Source of the DNA: Octopus bimaculoides
Taxonomy: Eukaryota
Length of the DNA stretch: 51,704 nt
Reading direction: 5' to 3'
Assembly (NCBI RefSeq): GCF_001194135.2
Contig: NC_068982.1
Location: 22,665,628-22,717,331 of the forward strand
Under the pieces are notes generated by a model. That model saw only the letters and a program-made list of their open reading frames with translations. It was not told the DNA's origin and made no database searches. Shown here piece by piece: positions 23,523-34,553 of the stretch (position 1 is the first letter of the stretch; each line of letters begins with the position of its first letter). The position numbers and the translations under genes are program-made.

Positions 23523-24123
23523 GTGTGCGTGCGTGTGTGCGTGTATGTGTATGTTGCGTGCGCGAGCGTGTGTGTGTGTGTGTATATGTGTGTATACAGA
23601 TGCGCTCAAAGTTCAGATATCCCTGTGACTCTAAGTACACAACGTGATAATGGAATAAATAGAAATACGCACACAAGCAAAGCATACGAAGAAAAGTACA
23701 TAGAAATTCGTCTGCACATTTATACATAGCCAATACACACAAAGCTAGTTACAATCATAAAGAAAGTGCGCACAATCACATTCATAACGGCAATGGACGT
23801 AGGATTATAGTTGAGCTTATTCGTATTCAGATTAAAGTGAGTAATAGTATAACAGATACAAGCCATCTGTATGCTTAGAGGAATTAAGTTGTGTACAGAG
23901 ACGATATTATAGAATTTCTAATAATTATGAAGATAATAAACCAAAGAAAGTAAGAGAAATGAAATAAGTTAGTCATTAGACGCCTGTTAGGGACAAGAAA
24001 GATTATCAGCAAGGTTTTAAGCATTTGAAAGACTATTGAAAGCTAGTGGAATGCCCAAGGTTACGGGTATTAATCCGCCGGCCACATTAATTCTACCATG
24101 AATAAAAACAAACCTGAGTCAAA

Positions 24124-24156
24124 TCAATAATAATAATAATAATAACAATAATAATA

Positions 24157-24209
<53 letters not shown>

Positions 24210-24478
24210 AATAATAATGATAATAATCCTTTCTGCTATATGCACAAGGCCCAACATTTGGTCGACCATGGCGAAATTTGAATTCAGAAGGTGAAGACGG
24301 ACGAAATACCACTAAAAATTTCGGCCGGCGTGCGAACGATTCTGTTAGTTCACCGCCTTAATAATAATAGTAATAATAATACTACTACTACTAATAATAA
24401 CAACAACAACAACAACAACAATAGTAGTAATAATAACAATTATAACATCAACGATAACAACAACAACAATAATAATAA

Positions 24479-24574
<96 letters not shown>

Positions 24575-24595
24575 GAAGAAGAAGAAGAAGAAGAT
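24124..24595. repeat. compound trinucleotide array (TAA, GAT, CAA, TAG, GAA) around an internally deleted SINE A (24222-24360, minus)
   Basis: Direct reading; SINE tail joined straight to gtcgacc. Confidence 0.9.
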
Positions 24596-24960
24596 CTTCA
24601 CTGATTGGAAGTGTTATCATGTACATTATTTTGTCTTGGTATAAAAGATGTGCTACAGCAAATATTCTGCTCAATACCAGTTGCTTGACCTTAACCAGTG
24701 GAGCATGTCCCTTAGTGGCTGGCAATATGTACATCTCTGATCACGAGCAGAAGTAGTGGGGGAGTATCATAGTCATGTGTTGAGAGAAATTCTTCGGGGT
24801 TTGGATAATTCATCTCTGGAAATATATGAATGTTTTGTCCATAACCCTTAAACAACCCTAATTCAAGGACCTTTTGAGCGAGATGGGCTACTCGACCCGA
24901 AGAAAATTATAACTGGGCCCACTTTCAAGGTCATGCGCTGTTAATCTTGATATGAGATAA
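24596..24960. repeat. unclassified interspersed repeat between trinucleotide arrays, possibly a LINE 3' UTR
   Basis: Complex sequence bounded on both sides by trinucleotide tracts, like the neighbouring Dong fragments; family not established. Confidence 0.3.
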
Positions 24961-25022
24961 CCAATAATAACAATAACAATAATAATAATAAAAATAATAA
25001 TAATAATAATAANNNNNNNNNN

Positions 25023-25049
<27 letters not shown>

Positions 25050-25055
<6 letters not shown>

Positions 25056-25460
25056 GAAAAGGTCACAGAAAAGGTCACTTAAAACGAGAAAGCAACCATA
25101 CTCTGAGATATGCCAATACACACAGATAGAGAAATTAAGGCCAATAGGCCAGATATAGTTGTCAGAGATCATGAAGGAAAAAAATGCTTTCTAATTGATG
25201 TATCAATACCAGCAGATGACAACGTTTCCCTAAAAGAAATGGAGAAACTTTCAAAATATAAAGACCTGGAAATAGAGGTAACTCGAATGTGGAATCTAAA
25301 AACAGGAACAATTCTTATCATAGTAGGCACCTTAGGACTGAAAGAATAGGAATAAATATTAAAATAGTGCTGTTTGGAACTACACGAATCCTCTGCAAAG
25401 TTCTCGAAATCTGAATGAAAAGTGTTACTTTAGTTATATTAACAATAAAGAGGCTGTGTT
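25050..25460 (+). mobile_element. R4/Dong-clade LINE 3' fragment (RLE)
   Basis: MPIHTDREIKANRPDIVVRD..CFLIDVSIP..KEMEKLSKYKDL; between (TAA)n and (CAA/TAA)n. Confidence 0.9.
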
Positions 25461-25484
25461 AAGCAACAACAACAACAACAATAA

Positions 25485-25936
25485 TAATAGTTTCGAATTT
25501 TGGCACAAGGCCAGCAATTTCGGGGGGAGGGGATAAGTCGAATATATGAACCCCAGTGTTCAACTGGTATTTATTTTATTGACTCCGAAAGGATGAAAGG
25601 CAAAGTGGACCTAGGCGGAATTTGAACTCAGAACGCAAAGACGAACGTACTGCCGCTAAGCATTTTGCCCAGCGGGCTAACGATCCTACCAGCTCGTCAC
25701 TTTGACAATAATAATAATGATAATGGTTTCAAATTTTGCCACAAGGGCAGCAATTTTGAGGGAAGGATTGAGCCGATTACACTGATCCCCGTGTAATCGT
25801 GTACTTATTTTATCAGCTCCGAACGGATGAAAGGCGAAGTCGACCTCGGCGGAATTGGAACTCAGAACGTAAGGACGGACAAAATGCCTGCAAAACATTT
25901 TGCCCGGCGTGCTAACGATTCTGCCAGCTCACCGTC
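25485..25936 (-). mobile_element. two head-to-tail SINE family A copies
   Basis: Copies at about 25485-25698 and 25715-25936, each with a ggccttgtg/aaaatttgaaac-type tail. Confidence 0.88.
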
Positions 25937-26007
25937 TTGACAACAACAATAATAATGATTAGTTTCAAATTTTGGCAGAAAGTCAGCAATTTTAGGAGGA
26001 AGATGAC

Positions 26008-26260
26008 TAATCTATCTGCACAAATCAGTTTGTTCCTCGCTGGAGATATGTGTCAGTGGTCGGATTTGATGGTGTTTCATTGCGTAATTTGCCTTCATTG
26101 CAGAGTTTCTCTTCTGTAAACGTTTTTGTCCATCTGTACCTACTACCGTTGTGAATGGTATAATCTCCGTAAGCAGCTTGTACCCTTCAGTGGATGTCAC
26201 ACAACCTGCACACCTACTTCATCAAAACCTCAATGACAGTACGTTGCTTCTGCTTGAGAA
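26008..26260 (-). mobile_element. mariner transposase N-terminal relic
   Basis: MVLKQKQRTVIEVL..DIH*RVQAAYGD..RW resembles the mariner HTH start (QRAVIEFL..IHxRLxxVYGD..RW). Confidence 0.55.
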
Positions 26261-26430
26261 CCATTAATCTGCCTGTCCTAAAGAAGAAAACAGAGGTGTG
26301 ACTATAGGGGAAGTGTTACTTATATCAGTTAATAACAAAACTCCTCTCGCTTTCGCATTACTTTAGGTGCGCGCGTGTATACACGCACACACTCTCACAC
26401 GTCCTTTCCAGTATATATANNNNNNNNNNC

Positions 26431-27367
26431 GCTATTATTAGAAGTAAGAAGGTCAGGCTTGTGTAGGATGAAAGACTGCGAAGATTAAGCACTGTACAAG
26501 GATTTGAGAATGAATAAAACTGAAAATAGGTGAGTAAAGAAAAGAATATATGGGCAATTTCATAGGGATGTTGAAGACAAGACAGACAGAGAAAAAGATG
26601 GCTGCGAATGACTAAAAATGATTTAAAACTGGAAACGGAGGCCCTAATCTGTGCTGCCCAAGAGCAGGCACTAAGAACAAACTACATAAAATACAGAATA
26701 GACAACACATCAGAAAGTGATAAGTGCAGAATCTGTGGACAAAGCGGTGAAACCGTATGGCATATTACCAGCGAATGTACGCCACTAGCCCAGAATGAGT
26801 ATAAGAGACGCTACGACAATATAGCAAGGCTTGTCTATTGGACACTTTGCCACAAGTATGGACTTGACAGAAAAAAATTGGTACGACCACAAACCCGAAG
26901 GCATCATCGAAAATGATAATGCAAAGATCCTGTGGGATTTTATGATTCAGTGCGACCATGAGGTAGAGAATAGGAAACCAGACATAGTCTTAATTGAGAA
27001 AGAAACCAAACTATGCTGGATCATAGATATAGCCTGCCCAGCTGACAACAAGGTATGCAATAAGAAAGAAAGAAAAGTCGATAGATCTGATAGGTTAGCT
27101 TGGGAGGTTCAGCAGTTGTGGTCGATGAAAAAGGTGGTAGTAGTACCAATAATTGTCGGAGATCTTGGAACAGTGAGTAAAAATCTTGAGAAGTACATGG
27201 AACAAATAGGGGATGCAATAAGGGTGGAGCACCTGCAGAAAACAGCACTGCTTGGAACCGCTCAAATACTCCGGAAGGTGCTAAAAAAATAAGAGGTGTT
27301 ACCTTAATTCACTGGTAGTGAACAGCTGACACCGTAGTACATCTCCAGCTTTCGAAGCTGTGCAAAG
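26431..27367 (+). mobile_element. 5'-truncated R4/Dong-clade LINE (CCHC + RLE + 3' UTR)
   Basis: LETEALICAAQEQALRTNY..CRICGQSGETVWHITSEC..KRRYDN; ILWDF..KPDIVL..IIDIACP..LQKTALLGTAQILRKVL; stop at 27292; (CAA)(TAA)n tail. Confidence 0.93.
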
Positions 27368-27393
27368 GCAACAACAACAACAACAACAACAAC

Positions 27394-27451
<58 letters not shown>

Positions 27452-27453
<2 letters not shown>

Positions 27454-28009
27454 CTGGTGGGAACACAGGCTACCTCCATCGCTTGAAAATGATCCCATCT
27501 CACTCCTCTGGGACTTCACCACTCAAACTGACAGAAAGATAGATGCGAATGGGCCAGACATTATATTGAAAGACTTCAGACAAAAGTCACGCTTCCTCAT
27601 TGATATGACAGTCCCAATTGACATAAATGCATCTGTCAAGACCTACAGAAACTGAGCAAGTCAAGATATGGAACCTCAAGACTAAAACAATACCTTTTGT
27701 CGTTGATGCCCTAGGAATGACAGCAAAAGGAGCTGACTCGTATCTAGCTCAGATACCAAGAAACCCCAAAATGGCAGAAATTCAAAAGATAGTGCTCATG
27801 GGAACTGTCCATATCCTACGTAAAATGTTGTCTATGTATTCTCAAATTTTAAAACAAACTCATAATTTTCTTGTTTTCTTAAACATTCTCTAGAACAATA
27901 CTATGTGCAAAACAAAATATATAAACCAAGATGAACTTCTAACTTGTCTCTTGAGGTCTCTGGGTGAGACTCGGAGTCAACTTGTACAGATACAAAGCAA
28001 AAGTCAAAC

Positions 28010-28012
<3 letters not shown>
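27452..28012 (+). mobile_element. R4/Dong-clade LINE 3' fragment, different subfamily
   Basis: LLWDFTTQTDRKIDANGPDIIL..FLIDMTVP..IQKIVLMGTVHILRK; (TAA)n on both sides. Confidence 0.88.
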
Positions 28013-28082
<70 letters not shown>

Positions 28083-28083
<1 letters not shown>

Positions 28084-29480
28084 TTTAATAGCGCTACCAA
28101 TAAGGAAGGGACAACTGGCACCAACGACTTAAGGGATTTAAGTGACGAAGATCAGAATATTTTAGATGAGTTACAGGAAGTAATGTATAAAAAAGTAAGA
28201 AAAAGATTACCAGAATTAAAAGGCACCAACAGAAGGAAGATGCTAGAAATGACTACGAAAGTACGTTCTGTTACCAGTAGGATAGATACTAAAAATATAG
28301 GAGTCACTAACTAACTGATCTATGCAAGAGGGGTAGTAATCACAGGGAAATACTTAAAAAAGAGCAAATGTGAAAAAGGAGACTACAACATAACTCAGGG
28401 TTAAAGGCAAAGGCTTTATCTTAGCGTCCCAAAATCAAAGCTTATTAGCCCCGAACTATCAAACCAATGTGATGAAAACTGGAGTAGACCTGAAGTGCTG
28501 ATACTGCAACGATGAGATTGAAACAGAGGACCACCTAATATCTGAGTGTAAGGTTTTTTTTTAGCACCTGTAGAATATAAATCAAGACATGACAGAGTTG
28601 GCCAATATCTACACAGGTTAATATGTCGGTATTAGAAAATCAAAACTGCTGACAAATGGTACAAACACCACTGTAAGTGAGGGAGAAAATATAACGATTC
28701 TTTGGGACTTTCCAGTATGTATAGACTGGACCATCAAAGCTAATAAACCAGATACTGTTGTGAAAGACAAAAATAACAAAGTCTGTTTATCGATTGACAT
28801 GAGCATACACTGTGACCATAATATCTCGGCAAAAGAATTTGATAAGCTCAGTAAGATTTGCTGATCGAAATCGGAAAGATGTGATATCTCAAGACGGTTA
28901 CAAAACCAGTGATTGTAGGATTACTTGGAATGATCGAAAAAGGAACTGAAAATTATTTGAGGATGATTCCTGGCTTATCATCCATGTAGAAATTACAAAA
29001 GATTGTCTTAACTGGTACGTCACATGTATTGAGAAGAGCATTGTCGCTGTGAATTTTCGTTCCTTTTCACACCTTTATTTTCGATGTTTTCCTTTTTTAT
29101 TTTTTTCAATTTTTCCTTTTCCTCTCTGTTTTTTGAATCCCTTTTCTCTATCGCTTGACTTTGAACAATCTGATGTCTTGATTTTAATGGCCGACCAATT
29201 TCTCTGGCCTAGGTGTCAGGGAAACACTCGGCAAGAAATGGAAACACAACTGAAAGAAGATGAAAATGGTAATGCTAATAATAAAAGGTACGGACAAAAT
29301 TTTTTTTTTACCTGATCTCAGGAAAACCATCAGTCTACGAGGCTCAAAAAATTGTATTGATATCAACCGCTCACCTTCTCAGGAAGTTTCTCTCCATCTA
29401 ACATATACGTGCCTTAGGTCTCTCGTTGAAACCGTTCCGGAAGATGAAATAAACTGGAAATCAAACGAAAAGTAAATAAT
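28083..29480 (+). mobile_element. R4/Dong-clade LINE with N-terminal region joined directly to CCHC/RLE, RT absent
   Basis: RLPELKGTNRRKM..IDTKNIGVTN*LIYARGVVIT, then from about 28390 GFILASQNQSL..ETEDHLISEC..RHDRVG..ILWDF..NKPD..IDMSI; stop near 29050. Confidence 0.8.
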
Positions 29481-30305
29481 AATTATACTAATATATACGG
29501 CAGTTAGTAAATTAAGATATACGCCATAGAAAAGGGGCATTACTGGGGTATTACTGTTATGTAAAGCTTTAATTTAAGGAAGATCTTGAATCTCTTATGA
29601 TTATATGCCATAAGAAATTCTGAACGTTTTACTAATAAACCGTCTTTTAGAAAAGATTTATTTTGGCTTCCATACTTTATAACTTTCCTACCTTTTTATC
29701 ACAAGTGTAGGGTGAGGCATGTTTCACCAGGATCTGTTTAATGTTGAAAGGAACAACATACTTCTTCGATTTCCTTTCCTAAACTGAAATTGAAGTTGAG
29801 GATTTTGTTCAGGTCTTCTAAACGAATATTCATGAGAATAACATCTAATTTTGAGTGAATCGGAAGTGAGGTTGATTAAACTTTATTTATGTAGAGATGT
29901 AACATTACACTTATAAGATTAAAATTTAACTATATCAATAGAGCTTATATAAATAATGACATATATTGCAAAGTTTTTATTCATGAGGAACACTTAAAAT
30001 ACATTCAAATGTCTCAGGAAACCCTACGATATGTTATTATATATATTTAGCTTTTTTCTTTTACATGAAGTTAAAATTCTTAAGAGATTAAAATAATCCT
30101 AAAACATTCTATGAAGGATTCGGCTGTGCTAAATTCAATAGATTCCACGAAGATTATTTAAGAAATTTCGTCTTAACGGAAACTGTTTAGACCAGATTCG
30201 TTTGAAATTCTCAATTAAGAGATAATTTTCTCCTGTAAGGTTTCTTTATAACATACATATTCTTACATTTCAATTATGTTTCGTGTACATTTTAAAATTA
30301 TGAAA

Positions 30306-30478
30306 GCTCAGGCGTGGCTCTGTGGTAAGACATTTGCTTCCCAACCACACGGTTTCGAGTTCAGTCTCACTGCGTAGCACTTTGGGCGAATATCTTCTAC
30401 TATGGCCTCGACCTAACCAAAGCCTTGCGAGTGAATTTAACTGACGGAAACTGAGAGAAGCTAGTCGTATGTATATAT
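30306..30478 (+). mobile_element. SINE family B head, rest in gap
   Basis: caggcgtggctctgtggtaag..cttcccaaccac..ctttgggcgaa. Confidence 0.85.
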
Positions 30479-30840
30479 NNNNNNNNNNNNNNNNNNNNNN
30501 NNNNNNNNNNNNNNNNNNNNNNNNNNNNNNNNNNNNNNNNNNNNNNNNNNNNNNNNNNNNNNNNNNNNNNNNNNNNNNNNNNNNNNNNNNNNNNNNNNNN
30601 NNNNNNNNNNNNNNNNNNNNNNNNNNNNNNNNNNNNNNNNNNNNNNNNNNNNNNNNNNNNNNNNNNNNNNNNNNNNNNNNNNNNNNNNNNNNNNNNNNNN
30701 NNNNNNNNNNNNNNNNNNNNNNNNNNNNNNNNNNNNNNNNNNNNNNNNNNNNNNNNNNNNNNNNNNNNNNNNNNNNNNNNNNNNNNNNNNNNNNNNNNNN
30801 NNNNNNNNNNNNNNNNNNNNNNNNNNNNNNNNNNNNNNTA

Positions 30841-32098
30841 TAGGGGTTGGATAAAATAATGAAAACACCTTAAAATTTCAAGCAAATTTATTTTAATATG
30901 GAGTAGGACCGCATTTGGCAGTAACTGCAGCTTGAATTCTACGAGGTATGGACTCGCACAAAATTTGAATTGTTTCCAAAGGAATTTTTGTCCATTTTTC
31001 AGCTAAAACAGTCTCCAGTTCTTGGAGTGATGATGGTGGAGGATATCAACTCCTTACTTGTTTTTCTGAAATGCACCATATTGTTCAATGATATTAAGAT
31101 CTGGGGACTATGGTGGCCAGATAAGATGTTTACTTTCACTACAATGTTCCTTGTGCCATTCAGTAACAACTTTAGCTGTGTGAATTGGTGCATTATCATT
31201 CTAAAAGACTGCGTTTCCCTCAAGAAACAGTTCCACAACCATAGGATGAATTTGATCAGATAAAATGCTTAAATAGTCTTGACTATTAATTCTGCCACGA
31301 AGGGAAACCATTAGGCCAAGATATAGCCCCTCCAAATCATCACAGATCCTCCTCCATGCTTAGCAGTTAGAAGAAGGTAGTCTGGGTCAAATGTTTCTTT
31401 TGGCTGTTTCCACACGTATACTCTGCCGGTGGTTGGAAATAAGGTAAAGGATGACTCATCCGAGAAAATAACATACTTCCACTGCTCTAGAGACCAATTC
31501 TGTAGGTTTTTACTCCACTCTAAACGCTTTGCAACGTTTGTTTGTGAAAGTAATGGTTTTCTGATTGCAGTCCTCCCGTGAAATCCGGTTTTGTGCAGTT
31601 CTCAGCGAACAGTTTTTGTGGAAACTGTGTACTTGAGGTGGTTGTTAAGCTTTGCAGTAATTTTAGGAGCTGTACTTTTCTGATCCGTTCTAAGAATTGG
31701 CGTAAGATCCCGACGGTCCCCATCTGAAAGTTTTGGTTTTCTTCCGGAGTTTTATTTCGACGAGTAGGTTTTTCCCTCTTTCTCAAAGGCTGTCATTACT
31801 TTCGAGACAGTACTTCTTGATACACCAAACATTTCGGCTGTTTACGTTACGCTAGCGTCTGCCATACGAGCACCAACAATTTGACTTCTTTGAAACTCCA
31901 ATAGATCTATCATTTTAATGAATTTTAATTACATTTTCTGATGATATCTGAAAAGATACAGTAATTTTAGCAAAACATATTAAGCAAGACTAATAAATCA
32001 AAAAACATAAAAATCAACAAGCTTTTGACGGTTTTATAGAGATTTCAAAATTATGATGCTATGATGCCAGGTGTTTCCATTATTTTGTCCAACAGCTG
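30841..32098 (-). mobile_element. near full-length Tc1-family DNA transposon
   Basis: TIRs taggggttggataaaataatgaaaacacct / aggtgtttccattattttgtccaacagctg, TA on both sides. Confidence 0.93.
30893..31913 (-). pseudogene. Tc1 DD34E-type transposase pseudogene, about 340 codons
   Basis: VIFSDES, HGGGSVMIW, NDNAPIH, WPP*SPDLNIIE, IPRRIQA; in-frame stops and frameshifts. Confidence 0.9.
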
Positions 32099-32194
32099 TA
32101 TGTGTATGTGTGTGTGTGTGTGTGTGTGTATGCATGTGTGTGTGTGTGTGTATGTATATATATATGTATGTATATATGTATATATGTCTTTGTT

Positions 32195-32405
32195 TGTGTG
32201 TGTGTCTTTGTGTCCGTGTTTGTCTCCTATTAGTACTGCTTGATAATCAGTGCATATGTCCTCGTAGATTAGCGGTCCGGCCAAAGACACTGATAGAACA
32301 AGTACTATGCTTAAGAAAAAGTACTATGGTTGATTTGTTCGGCAAGAAATTCTTCAAGGCGGTATTCTAACATGGCCACAGTCTAATGACTGAAGCAAGT
32401 AATAA
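32195..32405 (+). mobile_element. old SINE family B 3' half
   Basis: tgtttgtctcc..ttagcggtccggc..atggccacagtctaatgactgaa. Confidence 0.7.
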
Positions 32406-32908
32406 AATAAATAAATAAATAAATAAATAAATAAAATAAGAAAAATATAGATAAACACAAAAATGACTCAACAAATATATATATTTGTTTATAATCAGCT
32501 TGATTATCACTATTCTTCGCCAAACTCCTAGCGGCATCTTGAGAAACACTAAAGTTTCATGGAATACCACATGGGAAACGCTGGCTTTCTGAGACTGCCG
32601 TCACTCTATTAAATATTTTATTTTTACATGAACAAAATTCATTGCAAAGCATACAAAAGTATACCGAGTGCATACACATACACAGACATACATGCATATT
32701 CGCACACATATACATATAAGTAGATGCATTCATGTCCATACAGCTTCGCAAATGTAAATGGATCCCCCCTCGGTTTCGAAGGGGTTTATTCGCATGATTC
32801 TATCAATCGAACTATCTAATCATTAGACCAACATGTAAAGTGGCTGAGTATTCCGCAGTATATATTAACGTACAGCATTAACGTAAGTCTCAAACAGAAC
32901 CAGCATAA

Positions 32909-33180
32909 TACATTATTTACATTATTTACATTTGACGGATATTTGTCCTCATCTTGTTTGTTGTTAACACAACGTTTCGGCTGATATACCCTCCAGCCTT
33001 CATCAGATGTCTTGGGGAAATTTCGAACCTGGGTTCTCATTCCTAACGTATTTTCGATATTATTATTATTATTATCATTATTATTATTATTATTATTATT
33101 CAGGTCACTGCCTGGAATCGAACTCGGAATCTTGGGGTTAGTGACACCCGCTCTTAACCACTACGCCATATGCCCGTGGG
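32909..33180 (-). mobile_element. tRNA-headed, hammerhead-bearing SINE-like element, copy 2
   Basis: A-box tggcgtagtggtt, B-box gagttcgattcc, (AAT)n, hammerhead module, tgtaaataa tail repeats. Confidence 0.88.
32966..33011 (-). ncRNA. minimal type I hammerhead ribozyme
   Basis: gacat-CTGATGA-a-ggctg-gagggtatat-cagcc-GAA-ACGT-T-gtgtt: intact core, 5-bp stem II, palindromic ACGT stem III, 5-bp stem I with wobbles. Confidence 0.85.
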
Positions 33181-33291
33181 CTGGAGGGGATATTAGCCGA
33201 AACGTTGTGCTAACAACAAACAAGTTGAGGACAAATATCCGTCAAATGTAAATAATGTAAATAATGTACATAATTCTTCATCTCCTAAATA
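33179..33291 (+). repeat. inverted partial copy of the hammerhead module
   Basis: Reverse complement of 32909-32998 with a few substitutions, extended to match the 6378-6410 end of copy 1; lacks CTGATGA. Confidence 0.9.
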
Positions 33292-33344
33292 TGCAACATA
33301 ACACAGTATGACAATGTGACAAGGCTAGCACTTTGAACTGTCAA

Positions 33345-33650
33345 TACAATCCGTTCGACGGCTTTCCACGCAGTCTCCGTTTGGGTACTTTATGATAAAA
33401 CATACATGCCCACCAAATTACGCTGTTGGGAACGAACTCGAGACTGCATGATTGCGAAGCAATTTAATTGAACTCCCCATCCCTGCATGTACTGGATTCG
33501 ATGTAATCGTTTTTCCTCACTACTCTCAAAACTACTGAAAAACTTGCCCAAGTGATTTACTCGTAGTGATGAAATGTATGGGTTGCACATAACCACTAAA
33601 TTACACTGCGGGATCGAACTCGAAATCTCATGATTGCGAAGCGATTTAGT
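33345..33650 (-). mobile_element. two decayed tRNA-like SINE heads
   Basis: tcgcaatcatg..cgagttcg(a/t)tccc B-box-like motif occurs twice. Confidence 0.45.
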
Positions 33651-33849
33651 TAACTTCTTTATCTCTGCTTGCATACACACATATACATACATACGTGTAT
33701 ATACGTGTTCAATTTCGTTCAATTCTGTTCATAGCTAAAAAGCCTTGACTCCAGTTATAAAGCACAGCCAACCATAAAATGTAATCTACCGACTTTATCA
33801 TCTCCATTATCCCCGACTTCATTATAAAAAATATAAATTTACTTCAGTT

Positions 33850-33975
33850 TACGCTTCGAGGTCGACTTTGCTTTTAATCCGCTCAGGTCGATAAAATAAG
33901 TACTAGTCACATTCTGGGGTCGATGTAATCGATTTTCCTCCTTCGCCCAGAACTGCGTGCCTTGCGCCAAAATTA
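33850..33975 (+). mobile_element. SINE family A, 5'-truncated
   Basis: gaggtcgactttgc..ggtcgataaaataagtac..ccttgcgccaaaatt. Confidence 0.8.
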
Positions 33976-34319
33976 GTAAGAATTATGTTGGTTGTGTGCT
34001 GTAGTCCTAGAAAGACGGTTCTGTAATTTCTTGCTAAACAATCTGTACAAAGGATTTGCTTATAGTAATCAAATGTATGTGCTCGGCCCCCGTGCCATCC
34101 ATCCACTACAGAAATCATGTTCCTATCGCAGCACAACACTGTGACAGAAATATTTCACCTCACATAAAGGAGAAAATTTATTTCACGCCATTCGAACGGT
34201 TCCTAGATGTTTACCTCCAACAAATACCAGACAAGCCACCCACAACCGGATATGTCTCTGAAAACAACAACTCTCTGCTCGAATGGGCTATGGTGCCCAA
34301 GAGCTGACTGTGTATCTCT

Positions 34320-34553
34320 TCCAGGTGGCCCAAACTTATCTAAGTAATCTACATTAGCTCATTCCCCCGCCATCAAATCGACGTTTCCTGAACAGGTGCA
34401 CAGTGTACCACACGACGGGTGCAGAAGCGATTGTGAAGCAACGTGAGATGAAGTGTCTCGCCCAAGAACACAGCATGCTACTCAGTCCACGATTTGAAAC
34501 CGCAGTCTCACGATCGTGAGTGCGACGCCATAACCACTAGGCCATGCGCTCTC
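34320..34553 (-). mobile_element. SINE family C (tRNA head, ttcttgggcgagacact motif)
   Basis: gcgcatggcctagtggttatggcgtcg..ggtttcaaatc; related decayed copy at about 47505-47625 (+). Confidence 0.7.

Noticed and set aside
29706-30020. Possible MITE with gtagggt termini
   Set aside because: Terminal match only about 7 bp plus a gapped extension; no convincing TSD.
33101-33180. Bona fide tRNA gene
   Set aside because: A and B boxes are present but no complete acceptor stem; it is the head of a repeated element. The same holds for the SINE A, B and C heads.
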